From NCBI RefSeq assembly GCF_001194135.2, contig NC_068981.1:10224241-10262048 (forward strand): a DNA stretch of 37,808 nucleotides, written 5' to 3'. Source of the stretch: Octopus bimaculoides. Taxonomy: Eukaryota. The notes under the pieces were generated by a model. The model had not been told where the DNA came from and did no database searches. It saw only the letters and a program-made list of their open reading frames with translations. Below, piece by piece: positions 34,755-37,808 of the stretch (positions within the stretch are counted from its first letter, which is position 1; each line of letters begins with the position of its first letter). The translations under genes were made by a program, and so were the position numbers.

Positions 34755-35947
34755 ATCTATAAGATACACAGTACAAAAATGTTTAAGGTATAAAATATAT
34801 AAAAATCTAAAACGCTAGGTCTAAAATCTCTTTAAGAGATCAACGCTGTAGTTGTACTAATAAGTAATGTTCGTAATCATAGGAGATCTCCTCTTGGGGT
34901 TAAAAAATCTCAGTAAAGTCCGCTCGAACGGACAGCCATGTAGAAGTGGCTACGGACATTACTTGGTAATATAAAAATCTGATTTATTATAATTCAAATA
35001 AACAAACAAATACAAAACTATCAATTGGATTTTAAAAGTAAATCCCTGCTAAAGCGCTATATGGTCCTTGGTGTTCTAATAGGAAGCCGTGTATTTGCGA
35101 GAAGCACATTTCTAGCATGCATCGGGTTATAAGAAGCATGACTGTGGCTTGTAGCCGACAATCAACTTATAGCCGACGATCGGCTTGAAACTGAGGATCA
35201 ATTTGAAGCAGAGGATCAGCTCCCGAGTCAACAGCAGCTCTAATATCATAATCCCCTTTTCTTTTTCCAAGCACCACAGTAATTAAAGTTTAAAGCATAA
35301 TCTTTCGAATTCCAATTGAAAATGAATTTTCAAATAAATGAGGAGTTTTCTAATGTTTTTAACTTGTGGGACGTTTATAATGATCCCTTCTGATAACACT
35401 CGTAGCACTTATTTCACTGAGCCAACCAATCGTCGTATTTCTTCAACCCAAGTTATCTCCTACACTTCATTTTCTTCCCTAAAGCAACACGGAGTTGGTC
35501 AGCACACATTTCTTATACCTAAATATCAGTCACAAGGAATATTAGTAGCAAACAGCAATTAGTGATTCAATCATTATTATAATGAAGTCAGAAGTAGACT
35601 GAAACACATCCAAAATTTTATCCTTATTTACCGAGAAATTTTAAAATAGCATAACCTTATTCGCTGACCAATATAGCTTTTCCAAAGTCACATTTTTTTT
35701 AGTTATAGCTAACCGCTTCCATAAAAGAGAAAACTATATTTTTGACCTGTCAGCTATATAAACATTTTATTTGCAACTCGTTTAATTAAGAACCAAGTAA
35801 TGGTTCATCTGTTCGTTTCATCAGCAACATTATGCTTCTATGGTGAAGCCAAACATTAGCGAGATTTCTTTATAGCGGCAAGTCTTTTAATTTCTTTTTT
35901 TTTATTTTCGTTTTCTCAAAAAAACTGGCATTGCCAAAACTATTTAT

Positions 35948-36722
35948 TCTTATACTTGTTTCAGTCATTTGACTGCGGCCATGCTGGAGCACCGCATTAA
36001 ACGAACAAATCGCCCCCAGGACTTTTTCTTTGTAAGCCTAGTACTTATTCAATCGGTCTCTTTTGCTGAATCGCTAAATTACGTGGACGTAAACACACCA
36101 ACATCGGTTGTCAAGCGATGGTGGGAGGACAAACAGACANNNNNNNNNNNNNNNNNNNNNNNNNNNNNNNNNNNNNNNNNNNNNNNNNNNNNNNNNNNNN
36201 NNNNNNNNNNNNNNNNNNNNNNNNNNNNNNNNNNNNNNNNNNNNNNNNNNNNNNNNNNNNNNNNNNNNNNNNNNNNNNNNNNNNNNNNNNNNNNNNNNNN
36301 NNNNNNNNNNNNNNNNNNNNNNNNNNNNNNNNNNNNNNNNNNNNNNNNNNNNNNNNNNNNNNNNNNNNNNNNNNNNNNNNNNTGGTAATTAGTCATATAT
36401 TAATTAATATCGATTAATTATCAGGAGGTCAGCACATCTAAAGAATCAAAGAGATTCAGAAATATTATCTGCAATCTCAGGGGATTAAGGTACATTTTAA
36501 AAAATAACGTCGACCACTAACGTGGACAATTAATGCGCTATATATATATATATATATATATATACGACGGGCTTCTTTCAGTTTCTGTCTACCAAATCCA
36601 TTCACAAGGCTTTGGTCGGCCTGAGGCTATGGTAGAAGGCACTTGCCCAAGGTGCCACGCAGTGGTACTGAACCCGGAACCATGTGGTTGGGAAGCAAGC
36701 TTCTTACCACACCACCACTCCT
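35948..36722 (-). mobile_element. SINE family B tail (35948-36139) and head (36545-36722) around a gap
   Basis: Family B similarity; the two parts may be one or two copies. Confidence 0.7.
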
Positions 36723-37004
36723 ACTAATTTTGATTGAAAATATTTTGCGGCTAGGGATTTCACGACCCCTACATTTATCGAATTTAACAATCCAGTATGT
36801 TTAGCTTACATTGGGAGATTTATGAGCTTGAAGTTCTATGCCACGTGGAGAAAAAATATATTTTCCCCAAACGTAGGGTTCTCTCGAAAGTCAAGTTTCC
36901 GGGGTTCCTGAATGAATAGTCTAAAAACACCCTTTTTTCCCCAAAATAAATAGTAAATCGTTTAATTCATTATATGTGCTACAGATGCACTATAATGTAT
37001 CTTA

Positions 37005-37808
37005 CCTTGTTTCAGTCATTGAGCCCATGCTGGGGCACCACCTTGAGTTTTAATTGAATGAGTCAGTCCGGTACTTATTTTGTTGAAACCTGGTACTTAT
37101 CCAAACGGCGTCTTTTGCGGAACCGCTAAGTTACGGGGACGTAAACAAACCAGCACAGGTTGTCAAGTGTTGGTGGTGGTAGTGGGGAGGCTCAGACACC
37201 GACACACACATGGATATATAGTCAAACCCCACCCGTCGTTATTTCTATGATGGTCGGTGTATATATTGGTACGTTTACTCCACTATTTTACTAGTTTTTT
37301 TTGTTTTTTTTCTTTCTTATGCATAAGAAATATTGGTTTCAATTTTTTGGCACAAGGCCAGCAATTTCAGGGGTAGGGGCTGGTCAATTACATCGACTCC
37401 AGTGCTTATTTAATCGATTCCGAAAAGATAAAAAGTAAAGTCGAGCTCGACAGGATTTGAACTCAGAACGTAAAGACGACGAAATTCCGCAAAGCGTTTT
37501 GCCCGTAGTGGTAACGATTCTGCCAGCTCGCTTTGCGCAATAACAACATTGATTGCTTTGTTACTGAGATACAAAATTGCTAGGAATCAGAAATCGATAA
37601 GCAATTAAAAGTTTATCGATTCTGAATAGGAAAAAATATGCGCAGCGTGGCTGTGTGGTAAGAAGCTTGCTTCCCAACCACATGGTTCCGGGTTCAGTTT
37701 TACAGTGTGGCACCTTGGGCAAGTATCTTCTACTATAGCCTCGGGCCGACCAAAGCCTTGTGAGTGGATTTGGTAGACGGTAACTGAAAGAAGCCCGTCG
37801 TATATATA
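37005..37808. mobile_element. SINE cluster: B tail (-, 37005-37190), A (-, 37340-37532), B head (+, 37645-37808)
   Basis: Similarity to the other in-window copies. Confidence 0.7.

Overview
AT-rich, microsatellite-dense eukaryotic genomic DNA with several N-gaps. The SINE families and repeat landscape resemble Octopus/cephalopod DNA; this is recalled from memory, not database-verified. The only host gene is the 3' half of a + strand TRPC-family cation channel. It has seven exons reconstructed by hand with GT-AG boundaries and consistent phases (12708-12859, 15156-15304, 16938-17136, 19018-19188 or 19248, 20589-20741, 24890-24956, 26925-27391 stop). They encode S4-S6, the pore, TRP box, rib/coiled-coil region and an acidic tail. 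No upstream exon was found in the first 12.7 kb. The rest is mobile DNA: a CR1-group LINE split by a TIR element with telomere-type repeats, a DD36E Tc1 relic, hAT MITEs, an RTE fragment, three tRNA-derived SINE families and several decayed Penelope-like (PLE) RT/GIY-YIG relics. The most striking observation is a set of PLE-type minimal hammerhead ribozyme motifs inside TRPC introns. Two identical copies (13726-13768 on minus, 13945-13987 on plus) sit in a 185-bp, 97%-identical inverted repeat that would fold the sense ribozyme into a long dsRNA hairpin in the channel pre-mRNA.
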